NCBI GenBank assembly: GCA_050294405.1
Contig: JBNKOC010000022.1
Span: 1 to 64,000 of the forward strand
Direction of reading: 5' to 3'
Source of the DNA: Fibrobacteria bacterium
GTDB taxonomy: Bacteria > Fibrobacterota > Fibrobacteria > UBA11236 > JADFYW01
Length of the DNA stretch: 64,000 bases
Shown here: one piece after another, positions 28,628 to 38,943 of the stretch
How positions within the stretch are numbered: the first letter of the stretch is position 1
Layout: every line of letters starts with the position of its first letter
The notes under the pieces: model-generated
What the model was told of the DNA's origin: nothing
What the model saw: only the letters and a program-made list of their open reading frames with translations
The model's database searches: none
Program-made: the position numbers and the translations under genes

Positions 28628-30153
28628 GCGGTTCTGTTTTCAAATACCTTTTGCTGGGATGTTTATGCTTCTTTTATATGAATTGCGCCTCCCCAAAAAA
28701 GATGAAAGTTTTCATTAAAATGATGCCTGCCCAGGAGGAGCATTTTAAGGAAAGAGTTATCCCTAAGTTTGAAAAAGAAAATAATGTGAAAGTGGAGGTC
28801 GAAAGTTTAGACAATATTGCAGATCTTCCCAAAGCCATTAAAGAAGCAGATGCCACTGGAGGAGTCCATCTTGTAAAGGTTCCCTTTGAAATGACAAGGG
28901 TATTAACAGGCCAGGATTTAATTATGCCGCTGGACTCCATTGTTTCCCCCCAGGAAATCAACCAGCTTAAAGCAGAATATTTTTTAATGGATTTAGTGCG
29001 CATCAATAAGATGTACTATTACTTTCCCAGAAAATTTGAAACCAGGATGTTATTATACCTAAAGTCCCATGTTAGAGAAGCTGTACAAAACTGGGATGTA
29101 TATAGAAATGACATCATCAATGTGCTAAAAAAACATAATGGCTATGGCCTGCCTGCGGATTACCTTTTAGAAAGCAATCCTGGCGAGTGGGATTACTTTG
29201 ATATTTTCGTGGTGGGGTATTATTGGAAATCCAGAGAGATTGGCGGGAAGAAAACGCCTCGAATCGCCCATAGGGGAAAGCGTTATTCCGGGACCTCTTT
29301 AAGAATCATGGACAGAGCCTATCAAATGGGTGGAAGCCCCGATGATATTTTAAAGGGAGACGGAGATCCGGTTGTAGACGCCTTTGTTTGGGAAGCCCTG
29401 TATGCCAGGGAAAATATATACAATTCCAGAATGTATCAGGAAGAATGGTCTGGTTCGGATATTTGGAAAGGCTTTCAATCAGGCGATGTTTTTTTATCCT
29501 TCATGACCCAGATTGACGCTTTTTTTGTGCACGGAGCCGGTACAGATGCCATGCCTGGGTTTTTGGAAAACCCTGAAGATATGGGCGTAGCCGTCATGCC
29601 TAAGGGAGTTTCTCTGGCCCTCAATTCAGAGGGCGTTCCTCAAAGAGAAGGTAATCGGGGGATAACAACTGGTGGATGGTGGTGGGGAATTCCGAAAAAC
29701 ACCCCAAATAAAGAGTTATCCTTTAAACTGGCCCATTACATTACCAATACCGAGAACCAAATTGAAGGCTGTTCAGGTTTTGGGATGGTTCCCGTTAGAC
29801 AGGATATGTTATCCGAATTGGGGCTTATGTTCGGCGGTGGATGGATATCCGATGTATTTCACGTAGCTTCTCAGCAATTGGTGGAAAACAGGTTTACTGT
29901 TATCCCCCTTATAGACGAATACAGCGACTTAGGTGAAGTATATCTGGATGCTTTTTTTGATATCGTGGCTGAAGGAAACATTGGCGAGGGAGAGGCCATA
30001 AATAACGAAAAAATAAAAAGAGTTCTGGCAAAAAAATATGTCCCCAAATTTAAAGCCGTTTTAAAGAAAAAATACCCAGGGGAAAAAGAATCTACAAAAA
30101 CCCAAACGCAAATGAATGAAGGGTTTCAGCCGCTCAACGAAAATTTAGAATAG
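28624..30153 (+). CDS. extracellular solute-binding lipoprotein (sugar-binding ABC SBP-like)
   Basis: Signal peptide ending in Cys; FEKENNVKVEV, YYFP, MGVA.MP, GGWWWGIPK and PVR motifs. The GTG start overlaps the upstream stop codon. Confidence 0.75.
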   Translation: MSGSVFKYLLLGCLCFFYMNCASPKKMKVFIKMMPAQEEHFKERVIPKFEKENNVKVEVESLDNIADLPKAIKEADATGGVHLVKVPFEMTRVLTGQDLIMPLDSIVSPQEINQLKAEYFLMDLVRINKMYYYFPRKFETRMLLYLKSHVREAVQNWDVYRNDIINVLKKHNGYGLPADYLLESNPGEWDYFDIFVVGYYWKSREIGGKKTPRIAHRGKRYSGTSLRIMDRAYQMGGSPDDILKGDGDPVVDAFVWEALYARENIYNSRMYQEEWSGSDIWKGFQSGDVFLSFMTQIDAFFVHGAGTDAMPGFLENPEDMGVAVMPKGVSLALNSEGVPQREGNRGITTGGWWWGIPKNTPNKELSFKLAHYITNTENQIEGCSGFGMVPVRQDMLSELGLMFGGGWISDVFHVASQQLVENRFTVIPLIDEYSDLGEVYLDAFFDIVAEGNIGEGEAINNEKIKRVLAKKYVPKFKAVLKKKYPGEKESTKTQTQMNEGFQPLNENLE

Positions 30154-30225
30154 CGCCCTGATTTTGGGTGTGAAATTGTTTTTGGTAAACTACCTTTTCT
30201 AAAGGTTTTAACAATTGGAAATTTT

Positions 30226-30672
30226 ATGGATAAACTAGACGAACTCGTAAATATGCAGTCCAAATTAAACGATAATATTTTTGCTAAAAAAGATATTCGT
30301 GACAGAGATGGAAACATCTTAACTGTCAAAAAATTACAGGAAGAAGCCAACAAAGAAAATATCGGCCCAAACACAGAAGTCAATGAATGGCTTAGAAAAT
30401 ACCTGGACGCCCTGGATGATGAAAGCCGGGAGTTGCGCGAAGAACTGCTGTGGAAGTGGTGGTCAAAAGACCATTTGAATATGCAAAACATCAAGGTTGA
30501 AATTATCGACCAATTGCATTTTTGGCTGAGCCTTGCGTTGACTGCCGGTTTGGATAGCCAAAAAATTTACGATATATACATGCAGAAAAATGAGATAAAT
30601 TTTAAGCGCCAGGAAAGCGGCTATTCCAAAAACACTAAAACAGAATCAGACAACCAGGGAATAAAAGTTTAA
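30226..30672 (+). CDS. dimeric all-alpha dUTPase
   Basis: E..EL, WKWW, EIID..HF.LS and Y..KN..N..RQ..GY motifs. Confidence 0.85.
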   Translation: MDKLDELVNMQSKLNDNIFAKKDIRDRDGNILTVKKLQEEANKENIGPNTEVNEWLRKYLDALDDESRELREELLWKWWSKDHLNMQNIKVEIIDQLHFWLSLALTAGLDSQKIYDIYMQKNEINFKRQESGYSKNTKTESDNQGIKV

Positions 30673-30693
30673 TACCCCTTCGCGCACTGGTTG

Positions 30694-31662
30694 TTATCGG
30701 CAATCAGTGCTATCAATATCATCCCACAACCAAATCCCTAAATTAGATTCCTCATTGGAATCAACCTTTTCATAAACATGCCCTGTCTCCGAAGCTTCTC
30801 TAACTCGGCAATTGGTAGTTATATCAAAATATGGAGTTTCAACACTGTCTTCAAGTGAAGTTGTCCCTTCATTTAATAACTTGGTAGAACTGGAAATAAA
30901 AAACTCAATGCTGTTAATTTGAATATCTGCGGGACCAAAATTAAAAACCCCTTCTGAATTCGTATAACGCAATTGACTGCTCCCCCGAATGAAAACACCC
31001 AGTGAGTCAAACTCAAATTCCGAGGCCCGATTTACTTTTCCCATGGCCTCAGTTTCCACAGCTTGCAATATGAGCCTTTGAAATTGCACCTGGCCGGATT
31101 TTAGTTCCATGGGAAGTAAGTAAAGAACATCATTAACAGTTGAAACCCTAAAACCTTCCAAATTAACGGGTACACTGGGCAAATAAGGCACAAGGGCAAC
31201 GCCAAGGCTATCTGTTTTATATTCAGAATTCAAATCAGATAAATCTTGGCTGGAGGGATCGAAGTTAACATCTATTAACCGAAACTTAAATTCTGGTACG
31301 GGGAATCCATTAACATCGAAAACTGCGAATATTACTCCCGAATCCAAAGAATAGTTTTTTACTGAAGTTAGGGTATCTCCTGCGTCATTGGTAAAAGTCG
31401 TATTGCCTTTCTCAATTTCCGGCCTGGTGTTTCCGCCATCCGCATTTTCTTCCCAGCTATAGATTCTCGTTCCCCCGGCATCGCTGCCTGCAACAAACAC
31501 CACAGCGCTATCCCAAACGCTTCCCGATTCTATGCTGTTTAATTCATAGACAGGACCTGGGTCTTCTCTTCCGTTGTCGGTATCCGTGGATCCCCCAAAA
31601 TTGCAGGAGAGCAGGCAGCAGCCCATTAACATAATAGCTGTTATCCATGAGAATTTAGCCAT
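30694..31662 (-). CDS. hypothetical lipoprotein with carboxypeptidase-regulatory-like (Ig-fold) segments
   Basis: Lipobox LLSC followed by GGST.T.N; TDSLG and TNSEG.F motifs. Overlaps the upstream TIGR02147 gene by 8 nt. Confidence 0.7.
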   Translation of the reverse strand: MAKFSWITAIMLMGCCLLSCNFGGSTDTDNGREDPGPVYELNSIESGSVWDSAVVFVAGSDAGGTRIYSWEENADGGNTRPEIEKGNTTFTNDAGDTLTSVKNYSLDSGVIFAVFDVNGFPVPEFKFRLIDVNFDPSSQDLSDLNSEYKTDSLGVALVPYLPSVPVNLEGFRVSTVNDVLYLLPMELKSGQVQFQRLILQAVETEAMGKVNRASEFEFDSLGVFIRGSSQLRYTNSEGVFNFGPADIQINSIEFFISSSTKLLNEGTTSLEDSVETPYFDITTNCRVREASETGHVYEKVDSNEESNLGIWLWDDIDSTDCR

Positions 31663-32497
31663 GTTTCTTTTTCCCTTTTTTTGGTTTACTCAGGGGGAAA
31701 AGTTGAAAATTCAAATGGTAAGCCGAGTCCGGGTTAGGGTCCTGAGCCACTTTTTCAGCAATTTTTTTTCTAAACTCTCTGATTTCATGAATTATTTCTT
31801 GGTAGCTTTTTCGTGATAAATTCATGCTAAGGGAGCTAAAATACCTGTCTTCTTTTTTATAACGAGTGATACTTTCCAGCGCCAGTTTGCCCATTTCCAA
31901 ATGGAACTTAGGGACCAGGTAAGATTGAATGTCTGGGCCTGTTGAAATGGAATGAGAAGTTTGGATGTAATCTCCATCTAATTTTTTTTCAATTAATTTT
32001 AATTCTTCCAACAATGTAAGAGCTTTTAACACCTTCGACTTTGAAATGGGAGGCGAAACCTCTTTTCCCAATTCTTCGGGATTGTTTTTGTAGTTGAAAT
32101 AGCCCAATATCTCCCGCAGGGCGATGTTATACCAATTTTGATAGTATTGAAGCTGGGATTTAGACAATTGGTGCTGGTTGTAGGGGGTTTTGAGATTCAT
32201 TAACATCTCAAAATATTTATCCTTTTCATCAAGGCTTTTCGCCTGATTAAAAAACACCAAATGTTCAAAATAAACCTTTTCAGATTCACTTAATCCCAGG
32301 GCAAAGGCAAACTTTTCAATACTGCTCTGGGTTAAGCTATGAACACCCTCCATAACCTTTTTCAGGTAATTAGGGCCTGACATCCCCGCCTTTTGGAGAA
32401 AATAGCGATGAGAAAAACCCCTAATATTTTTTTTTGCCCAATCGTAATAATCCCTGAGGAACTGACGGTAATTGGTATATTCAAATATGGATTTCAA
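31655..32497 (-). CDS. TIGR02147-family (Fibrobacter paralogous family, HTH-like + DUF4423) protein
   Basis: IFEY.NYR.FL.DYY, FS.R.F..KAG, YF..LV.FNQAK, WY...LRE and Y.LNFQLFPLS motifs. Confidence 0.9.
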   Translation of the reverse strand: MKSIFEYTNYRQFLRDYYDWAKKNIRGFSHRYFLQKAGMSGPNYLKKVMEGVHSLTQSSIEKFAFALGLSESEKVYFEHLVFFNQAKSLDEKDKYFEMLMNLKTPYNQHQLSKSQLQYYQNWYNIALREILGYFNYKNNPEELGKEVSPPISKSKVLKALTLLEELKLIEKKLDGDYIQTSHSISTGPDIQSYLVPKFHLEMGKLALESITRYKKEDRYFSSLSMNLSRKSYQEIIHEIREFRKKIAEKVAQDPNPDSAYHLNFQLFPLSKPKKGKKKHG

Positions 32498-32774
32498 AAA
32501 TCTAAATCTCCCGTTTTATTCCTCGGAAATTCCGTTGTGTATTTAATAATGAGATATTAAAGATAAAACTCATATTTATTTAATATACCCTATTTTAGGC
32601 AATTTTAGTAGTGTATTTTAAAATTAGGTCTAGAAAAGATTGTCTTTTTAAGAGGAAAATATAAATCAATTTCAACAACCCAAAATCTGGGGATTCTGGA
32701 AGGGAAAAGGCCAAAAAAATGCCAAAAAACCAAAAAATTGAAAGCGTTTATAAGCTATATTTTTCCAATATCAC

Positions 32775-34301
32775 ATGGGAAAATGCATGAAAATTTCAAT
32801 TTTGCTAGTGGCTTTTTGGTTCCAAAGTTTTCTTGGGGCTATGCCCGATAGCCTCAGCTCTCTTAGTTCTGACTCAAACAAACTTCAAAACAGCAGCGAC
32901 AGCATTATTTCAAATGCAAAAATTCCAGCTAAAAAAAAAGCTGTTATTATCCCTGTTGAAAACGAAATCGATCCAGGCTTGACTACATTCTTGAAAAGGG
33001 CCATTGCCGATGCTGAACTTCAAAAACCTGATTACATCATATTTAAAATAAACACCTTTGGAGGACGTCTGGATGCGGCCTTTGAAATAGTGGAACTAAT
33101 TACATCTGTTAAATCCTGCTCCACAATAGCCTATGTGGAGCAAAAAGCCATATCAGCCGGAGCCCTCATTTCTCTGGCCTGCAACCGAATTGCAATGGGA
33201 AAAAGCACCACCATAGGTGATTGCGCCCCAATCATCCAGGGGCAAGAGGGCATTGTAATGGCCGGAGAAAAAATCGAATCTCCTTTAAGAGCTAAATTCC
33301 GGAACTTAGCAGAACGAAATAGCTACCCTATCCTCCTCGCCCAAGCCATGGTAAGTAAAGATATGGAAATTATAGAAGTCCACCACCAGGGCCAGCTAAA
33401 ATTATACACCCAAAAAGAATGGGAACATTTTACCGACGACGAAAAAAAAGCATTTGATAGTTCCCGTACGCTGGTAAGCGAAGGGGAACTGCTAACACTA
33501 ACAGATACCGAGGCCAAAGAGTTGGGCTTTTCTGTGGGAAGTTTTGAAAGTTTAGATGATTATCTAAAATCCAAGGACCTGGATGTGGAACAAAGAATTG
33601 CCGCCACTTGGTCTGAAAGCCTCGTGCGCACCATTGGAAAATTCGCCCCCATGTTAATGTTAATTGGGTTCGGAGCCTTGTATATGGAGTTTAAAACCCC
33701 GGGATTTGGTCTTTTTGGAAGCATCGGAATTATCTGCCTGCTGATTGTCTTTGGAAGCAAGTACGCAGCAGGACTTGCCGATTACACCGAGGCTTTAATC
33801 TTAGGACTTGGCGTTCTGTGCCTGGTCATCGAAATGTTTGTCATGCCGGGAACTCTCATATTTGGAGGCTTGGGGTTGATGTTAATAGTGGCCAGCATGA
33901 TATTGTCTTTTCAGTCCTTTACATTGCCGGATCCGGAGTTGCCCTGGCAGGGAAAGCTTTTTCTGAAAAACATCGGGTACGTCCTGGGTGTCGCTTTGGG
34001 AGGCTTACTCTTTCCCATATTCGGCGCAAAGTTTATTCTTCCAAGGTTTTCTGGAAATTACAAACTCATTACCACCGAAACTCTTGCTGGGGCAAAGTCC
34101 GCTTCTGTTATGGACGGGCACCCAAGCCTGGAAATTGGCCAAAAGGGAACCGCCAAAACAACAATGAGACCGTTTGGAAAAATTTTAGTAGGCGATGAAG
34201 TATACGAAGCGCAATGCGAATCCGGTTTTATCGAAGCTGGAACCTCCGTTGAAATTTCTCTGGCCACTCCCTCTAAAATTATGGTGAGGGCATCCAGATA
34301 A
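32775..34301 (+). CDS. nfeD: long NfeD (ClpP-like serine protease domain + TM region + OB fold)
   Basis: INTFGG, AISAGALI, GELLTLT, E...PGFG and a C-terminal T.MRP.GK OB fold. Confidence 0.9.
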   Translation: MGKCMKISILLVAFWFQSFLGAMPDSLSSLSSDSNKLQNSSDSIISNAKIPAKKKAVIIPVENEIDPGLTTFLKRAIADAELQKPDYIIFKINTFGGRLDAAFEIVELITSVKSCSTIAYVEQKAISAGALISLACNRIAMGKSTTIGDCAPIIQGQEGIVMAGEKIESPLRAKFRNLAERNSYPILLAQAMVSKDMEIIEVHHQGQLKLYTQKEWEHFTDDEKKAFDSSRTLVSEGELLTLTDTEAKELGFSVGSFESLDDYLKSKDLDVEQRIAATWSESLVRTIGKFAPMLMLIGFGALYMEFKTPGFGLFGSIGIICLLIVFGSKYAAGLADYTEALILGLGVLCLVIEMFVMPGTLIFGGLGLMLIVASMILSFQSFTLPDPELPWQGKLFLKNIGYVLGVALGGLLFPIFGAKFILPRFSGNYKLITTETLAGAKSASVMDGHPSLEIGQKGTAKTTMRPFGKILVGDEVYEAQCESGFIEAGTSVEISLATPSKIMVRASR

Positions 34302-34774
34302 TGAAAATAGCGCTACCGATTCTGCTTCAAGGATTATCTCTTATTGTGATGCTAGCAGAATGGGTTATCCCATCATTTGGGTTGTTAAGTGTTTTAGCTT
34401 TTGGCCTGTTTGGACTTTCCTGGTACTATCTCATAAATAATTTTAGCGGAGCCATTCCCTTAATCTTTGGAATAGTGGATATCCTTTTACTGCCAATATG
34501 CATTTATTTTGGAATAAAACTATTCAAAGCCTCTCCATTGGCAAATGCGCAAAAGTTAGCCCAGGGAGACGGCATGAGCTCACAACAAAGCTTGCTGGGA
34601 AAATTGGGTGTTGTGGAAACCACTTTAAGGCCCTTTGGGAAAATTCTAGTGGAAGGAAAATTAATTGAAGCCACTTCAGGGGGCGAGCCTATTGAAAAAG
34701 GCACTCAAGTTGTTATAAAAAAAATAAATGGAATGAATGTGACGGTAAACCCAAGTGAACCCTTAAACTCTTAG
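34301..34774 (+). CDS. short NfeD-family protein
   Basis: Three TM segments with E..IPSFG, then LLGK.G...T.LRP.GK OB fold. Confidence 0.85.
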   Translation: MKIALPILLQGLSLIVMLAEWVIPSFGLLSVLAFGLFGLSWYYLINNFSGAIPLIFGIVDILLLPICIYFGIKLFKASPLANAQKLAQGDGMSSQQSLLGKLGVVETTLRPFGKILVEGKLIEATSGGEPIEKGTQVVIKKINGMNVTVNPSEPLNS

Positions 34775-34782
34775 GAGAAATA

Positions 34783-35757
34783 ATGCCAGCTTTTATAATA
34801 CCAATTATCCTACTGATAATAATATTAGTAGCCGTTTTAATAATCGGTTCATTTTTGAACCTTTGGTTACAAGCCTTATTTTCAAAAGCAGATATTTCTT
34901 TCTTTAGCCTTATTGGAATGCGCCTTAGAAAAATCCCTCCACGCATCATTGTGGAAGCTAAAATTATGGGCGTTAAGGCCGGCCTTGAATTGGAAACAGC
35001 CCCACTGGAAGCCCATTACATGGCAGGCGGACATGTGGAAAGAGTCGTTCAGGCTTTGGTCGCCGCAGATAAGGCTAACATCCCTCTTAATTTCCAAAGA
35101 GCTGCAGCCATTGACTTGGCTGGCCGTAACGTACTGGAAGCGGTGCAAATGTCTGTGAACCCAAAAGTTATTGAAACGCCAAAAATCGTAGCAATGGCGA
35201 AAGACGGTATCCAGCTAAAAGCCATTGCCAGAGTAACTGTACGGGCTAACCTGGATAAGTTAGTGGGCGGCGCCGGAGAAGAAACGGTAATTGCCCGTGT
35301 TGGAGAAGGCATTGTTTCCACAATCGGTTCTTCCAACCAACATAAAAATGTGTTAGAAAACCCCGATACTATCTCCAAAGTTGTTTTATCAAAAGGTCTT
35401 GACGTTGGAACGGCCTATGACATCTTATCTATTGATATCGCCGATGTGGATGTTGGTAAAAACATCGGAGCCGAATTGGAAACAGATAGAGCAGAAGCAG
35501 ATAAAAAAATAGCACAGGCAAAAGCCGAGGAGCGTCGGGCACTGGCTGTTGCCGCCGAACAGGAAATGAAGGCCAAGGTTGTGGAGATGCAGGCTAAGGT
35601 TGTAGAAGCCGAAGCCCAGGTTCCTTTGGCCATGGCCGATGCTTTCAAATCTGGAAACCTTGGTGTGATGGATTACTACCGTATGCAAAATATCGGAGCC
35701 GACACAAAAATGAGGGAAAATATTGCCGGCGATGAAAAGGATAACGGGGATTCATAA
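34783..35757 (+). CDS. floA: flotillin-like protein FloA (YqfA)
   Basis: [41 protein letters not shown] and G.MDYY motifs. Confidence 0.97.
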   Translation: MPAFIIPIILLIIILVAVLIIGSFLNLWLQALFSKADISFFSLIGMRLRKIPPRIIVEAKIMGVKAGLELETAPLEAHYMAGGHVERVVQALVAADKANIPLNFQRAAAIDLAGRNVLEAVQMSVNPKVIETPKIVAMAKDGIQLKAIARVTVRANLDKLVGGAGEETVIARVGEGIVSTIGSSNQHKNVLENPDTISKVVLSKGLDVGTAYDILSIDIADVDVGKNIGAELETDRAEADKKIAQAKAEERRALAVAAEQEMKAKVVEMQAKVVEAEAQVPLAMADAFKSGNLGVMDYYRMQNIGADTKMRENIAGDEKDNGDS

Positions 35758-35795
35758 CCCCGCTATTTGGGGAAGTTAAAACAAGGAACGCGAAT

Positions 35796-36497
35796 ATGGG
35801 CAAGATAATACTTATCATATACATCATTGCTGCTATCGCTTCCTTTATTGGAAAGCAGCAAAAGAAAAAAAGATTAAAAGAAGCTGCTCAAAAAAACCAA
35901 AATAACCCCCAAGCAAATCCAAAAAAACAAAACCCTTTCGGTTCCTTTTTCCAGGCAGTAAACCCACAGGAAGCCCGCATAAAGGCACGCACCAACCGAA
36001 ACGATCCTATGGCCGAACCCGAGCCGATAAGAGAAAACTATACTTCACCAAAATCTCCGCGGAATACGCCAACAGAACAAAAAGAAAAGAAGCCTTCTTT
36101 CTCTGCCAACATTTTGGAACAACTTTCAGCGGAATTTGGTTTTGATTTTGAAGACAAAGAAATTGAAAAGTTTTCAAACCAAGATAAAGAACCCGAAGAA
36201 ACATCCAGTTCCAAGCCTATTACAAACTGGAATCCGGAGGAAAACCGCGAAAGCCCCTGGGAATCAGATAATTTAGAAAGCGCCGGTGAAAAAGAGCCAA
36301 TCTTAAAATTTAAAGAAGCCGCTCCATTTTCATATGATTTAGCTGATAATAATGTTATTGCAGATGGTGCCGACAAACTTAAAAACCCCAGTCAAAAAAA
36401 GGGGCGTAACCAATATGCCCGAATGTTTAACAATCCTAACGGAATTCGAAAAGCTATTATTTCCAAAGCAATTTTAGATAAACCTTTGGGCTGGTAA
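35796..36497 (+). CDS. hypothetical membrane protein (YqfB-like position and architecture)
   Basis: N-terminal TM helix, disordered middle region and a C-terminal IRKAII.K.IL.KP, directly downstream of floA. Confidence 0.7.
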   Translation: MGKIILIIYIIAAIASFIGKQQKKKRLKEAAQKNQNNPQANPKKQNPFGSFFQAVNPQEARIKARTNRNDPMAEPEPIRENYTSPKSPRNTPTEQKEKKPSFSANILEQLSAEFGFDFEDKEIEKFSNQDKEPEETSSSKPITNWNPEENRESPWESDNLESAGEKEPILKFKEAAPFSYDLADNNVIADGADKLKNPSQKKGRNQYARMFNNPNGIRKAIISKAILDKPLGW

Positions 36498-36503
36498 AAT
36501 ATA

Positions 36504-36529
36504 AAAAGGCCCGGAAAACCGGGCCTTTT
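36504..36529. terminator. bidirectional intrinsic terminator
   Basis: Perfect stem AAAAGGCCCGG-AAAA-CCGGGCCTTTT between convergent units. Confidence 0.9.
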
Positions 36530-36609
36530 GCATCGCCCTCCCTGGCCTTGCTTTTCTCGATTCAACACCCTCTTCCCTGAGCGCTGTTTTTATTTGAAGC
36601 GAGATTATA

Positions 36610-36783
36610 TTATGCTGATAGATCTACGTTTCCGCCCACTCCTGGCGGGCTTGGAGGAGGTGGCAATGCTTCAAGCATTTGCAATGCCATTTCTTCTTGT
36701 TCCAATGATTTTTTGTGTATTTTCATTTGCAATTCAGCCTCTACCTGCCCCTGTTGGGCTGAGCCCGCAGCTTCTAGATCCAT
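36610..36783 (-). CDS. YjfB-family small (putative motility) protein, 57 aa, absent from the ORF track
   Basis: MDLEAAGSAQQGQVEAELQMKIHKKSLEQEEMALQMLEALPPPPSPPGVGGNVDLSA; GGAGGT RBS; KK.L and G.NVD..A C-terminal pattern typical of YjfB. Confidence 0.8.
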   Translation of the reverse strand: MDLEAAGSAQQGQVEAELQMKIHKKSLEQEEMALQMLEALPPPPSPPGVGGNVDLSA

Positions 36784-36817
36784 CTTTTACCTCCGCATCC
36801 GTTGCGCCTTATTGGAA

Positions 36818-36844
36818 GTATCGGCAAATGAATGGAGGACTTTA
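36818..36844 (-). promoter_or_regulatory. sigma28 (FliA/SigD) promoter of the yjfB-like gene
   Basis: TAAA-N15-GCCGATAC on the minus strand, matching the consensus TAAA-N15-GCCGATAA. Confidence 0.85.
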
Positions 36845-36927
36845 ATAAAAATTCATATTTTTTTAGAAAGCTGATTTAATATGGCTGGAAAAACGCCTCA
36901 ACTAAAAAAGCCAAAAAAACTATAGAA

Positions 36928-38937
36928 TCAGCTGGAACGAATCCATTTGGATTCTTTGATTAATTTATTCCGGATTTCTTTAGCTTGTTGTGGCAAATCA
37001 GCCTGAATAAATAATTTGTGCAAGACCTGAATTCCCAATATATGATTTATCAGAATGTCATTTCGGGTAGCCAGAGGACCTGAATCTGAATTAAAACAGT
37101 TTTTAAAAAACTCTTCAATTTTGGCTGAATCGAAAAAACCCAAATCCTGAACATCTGATGAACTGCTATAATTCTTTGCCAATTCCAGAATTCGCCCTTG
37201 CTTGCTTTTATCGGTGTATGCAGGAGGAGCCATAAAAGCGAACTTTTCTCTTTTGTACAAAACCTCCGGCAAAATACCCTTCATAGCTTCTCGCAACACG
37301 TATTTTTCCGTACCATTATGTATCCTGTATTTGGGAGGTATAGTAGCTGCGAACTCAGCCAAGTGGTGATCTAAAAATGCGGGACGGGACTCCATAGAGT
37401 TCGCCATATCCACTCTGTCTCCGCCCCAATTTAAAATTTGACATTCCAACATGGTTTTCACCCATGTATATTGAGCAGCATCCAGAGGATGTCTGTTTTT
37501 TAGTTTGCTGGCATCAATTTCATCTACAATCGCCTGAATGGGGTCGTATCCTTTTAATGGCCCATTAAGAACATCCTGGTTAATAAGTGGCGTAAAAGCA
37601 TTCAGAGTCATCATCCAGGGTTGAATCCAGGATGGGGTAAAACCGCACAAAGACTCAAAACCAGGGTGGCTCATTTCTTTTTCAGATAGAATATGGCCCA
37701 CAAACATCTTGTTTTTTTCCAATATTTCGCTTGCCGCACTTCCAAAGCCTTCTGGATCTCTTAGGGCAAAATCGAGTTTAAAAGCAGGATACCCGCCAAA
37801 TAACTCGTCGGAACCTTCTCCGGTAATAACCACTTTATCTTTATTGGCATGCACTCTTTTGGACATATGCCATTTGGCGACCCCCAAGGTATTGTAAAAA
37901 CATCTTTCAGAATGCCACAGAGTCTTCACATAATTTTCACCGTACAAATCGTCGGACTTTAATTTAAGCACAACTTGCTCCGCACCGGTTTTTTTAGCCA
38001 TTTCTTTTGCGATGGACAATTCATCATAGGCGTCATGATCAAAACTAATGGTATAAGCCCTCAAAGATTTCTGTTCAAAGGCGTTAGCCAGTCCCAAAAT
38101 GGAGCAACTATCAATTCCGCCGGACAAATAACATCCAACCGGAACATCCGCTACCAAACGAAGCTGAACGGCTTCGATTAATTTTTTTTGAACCTCTTCT
38201 ATGTAATACTCAGCAGGCTTGGCATTTTGATAGCTATCTTTTTCGCCAAAATTAAAATCCCAATAACATTCTTCTTTTATTTCCAGCTTATGGCTCTTTT
38301 TTTGAATAATGAGCATTGTGCCCGGCTTTAGGGCATAAATATTTTTAAAGGCCGTGGTTCCCGGCACCATCGTATGCATACATTGATTTAGCAACATTTT
38401 GGGATCGAACTCTCTTTTAACTTCCGGGTGGGCCATTAAGGCCTTTATTTCGGATGCAAAATAAAAGTTCCCGCGGGAATCCTGGGTATAAAATAAGGGG
38501 CGAATTCCGAATCTGTCTCTTGCCAGAATTAGTTTTTCTTCCTTATTATCAAAAAAGGCAAAAGCAAACTCACCCCTTAAATGGTGGATAAAATCCATTC
38601 CATATTGCTGATACAAGGGCATGGCGATTTCACAATCTGATTTTGTTTGAAACTCATAACCCTGGCAAATCAGGTTTGTTCTGATTTGTTGGTAGTCATA
38701 AAACTCACCGTTCACCACGAGGGCATTATTCGAACCCTTCTGCAGAAATGGCTGATGCCCCCCGGACAGATCAATAATAGATAAGCGCGAGTGCCCAAAT
38801 AAAATTTCGCCATTATTGCCTTCATAAAAGCCGAAATCATCCGGTCCACGATGTTCCAGCATTGCTGTCATCGCCTCTAAATGATGTTTGTTTTCACTTT
38901 TTTTGTCTAAATTCCAAATTCCGGTAATTCCACACAT
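36928..38937 (-). CDS. asnB: asparagine synthase (glutamine-hydrolysing)-like amidotransferase
   Basis: N-terminal MCGI Ntn nucleophile, HRGPD, RLSIIDL, NGE.Y, LSGGIDS, TGEGSDE and DR..MA.S.E.R motifs. Confidence 0.9.
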   Translation of the reverse strand: MCGITGIWNLDKKSENKHHLEAMTAMLEHRGPDDFGFYEGNNGEILFGHSRLSIIDLSGGHQPFLQKGSNNALVVNGEFYDYQQIRTNLICQGYEFQTKSDCEIAMPLYQQYGMDFIHHLRGEFAFAFFDNKEEKLILARDRFGIRPLFYTQDSRGNFYFASEIKALMAHPEVKREFDPKMLLNQCMHTMVPGTTAFKNIYALKPGTMLIIQKKSHKLEIKEECYWDFNFGEKDSYQNAKPAEYYIEEVQKKLIEAVQLRLVADVPVGCYLSGGIDSCSILGLANAFEQKSLRAYTISFDHDAYDELSIAKEMAKKTGAEQVVLKLKSDDLYGENYVKTLWHSERCFYNTLGVAKWHMSKRVHANKDKVVITGEGSDELFGGYPAFKLDFALRDPEGFGSAASEILEKNKMFVGHILSEKEMSHPGFESLCGFTPSWIQPWMMTLNAFTPLINQDVLNGPLKGYDPIQAIVDEIDASKLKNRHPLDAAQYTWVKTMLECQILNWGGDRVDMANSMESRPAFLDHHLAEFAATIPPKYRIHNGTEKYVLREAMKGILPEVLYKREKFAFMAPPAYTDKSKQGRILELAKNYSSSSDVQDLGFFDSAKIEEFFKNCFNSDSGPLATRNDILINHILGIQVLHKLFIQADLPQQAKEIRNKLIKESKWIRSS

Positions 38938-38943
38938 GTTATG

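Noticed and set aside
36528..36845. 105-aa plus-strand ORF
   Set aside because: It is the antisense shadow of the yjfB-like gene, which has a promoter, SD and family motif. It also starts inside a terminator.
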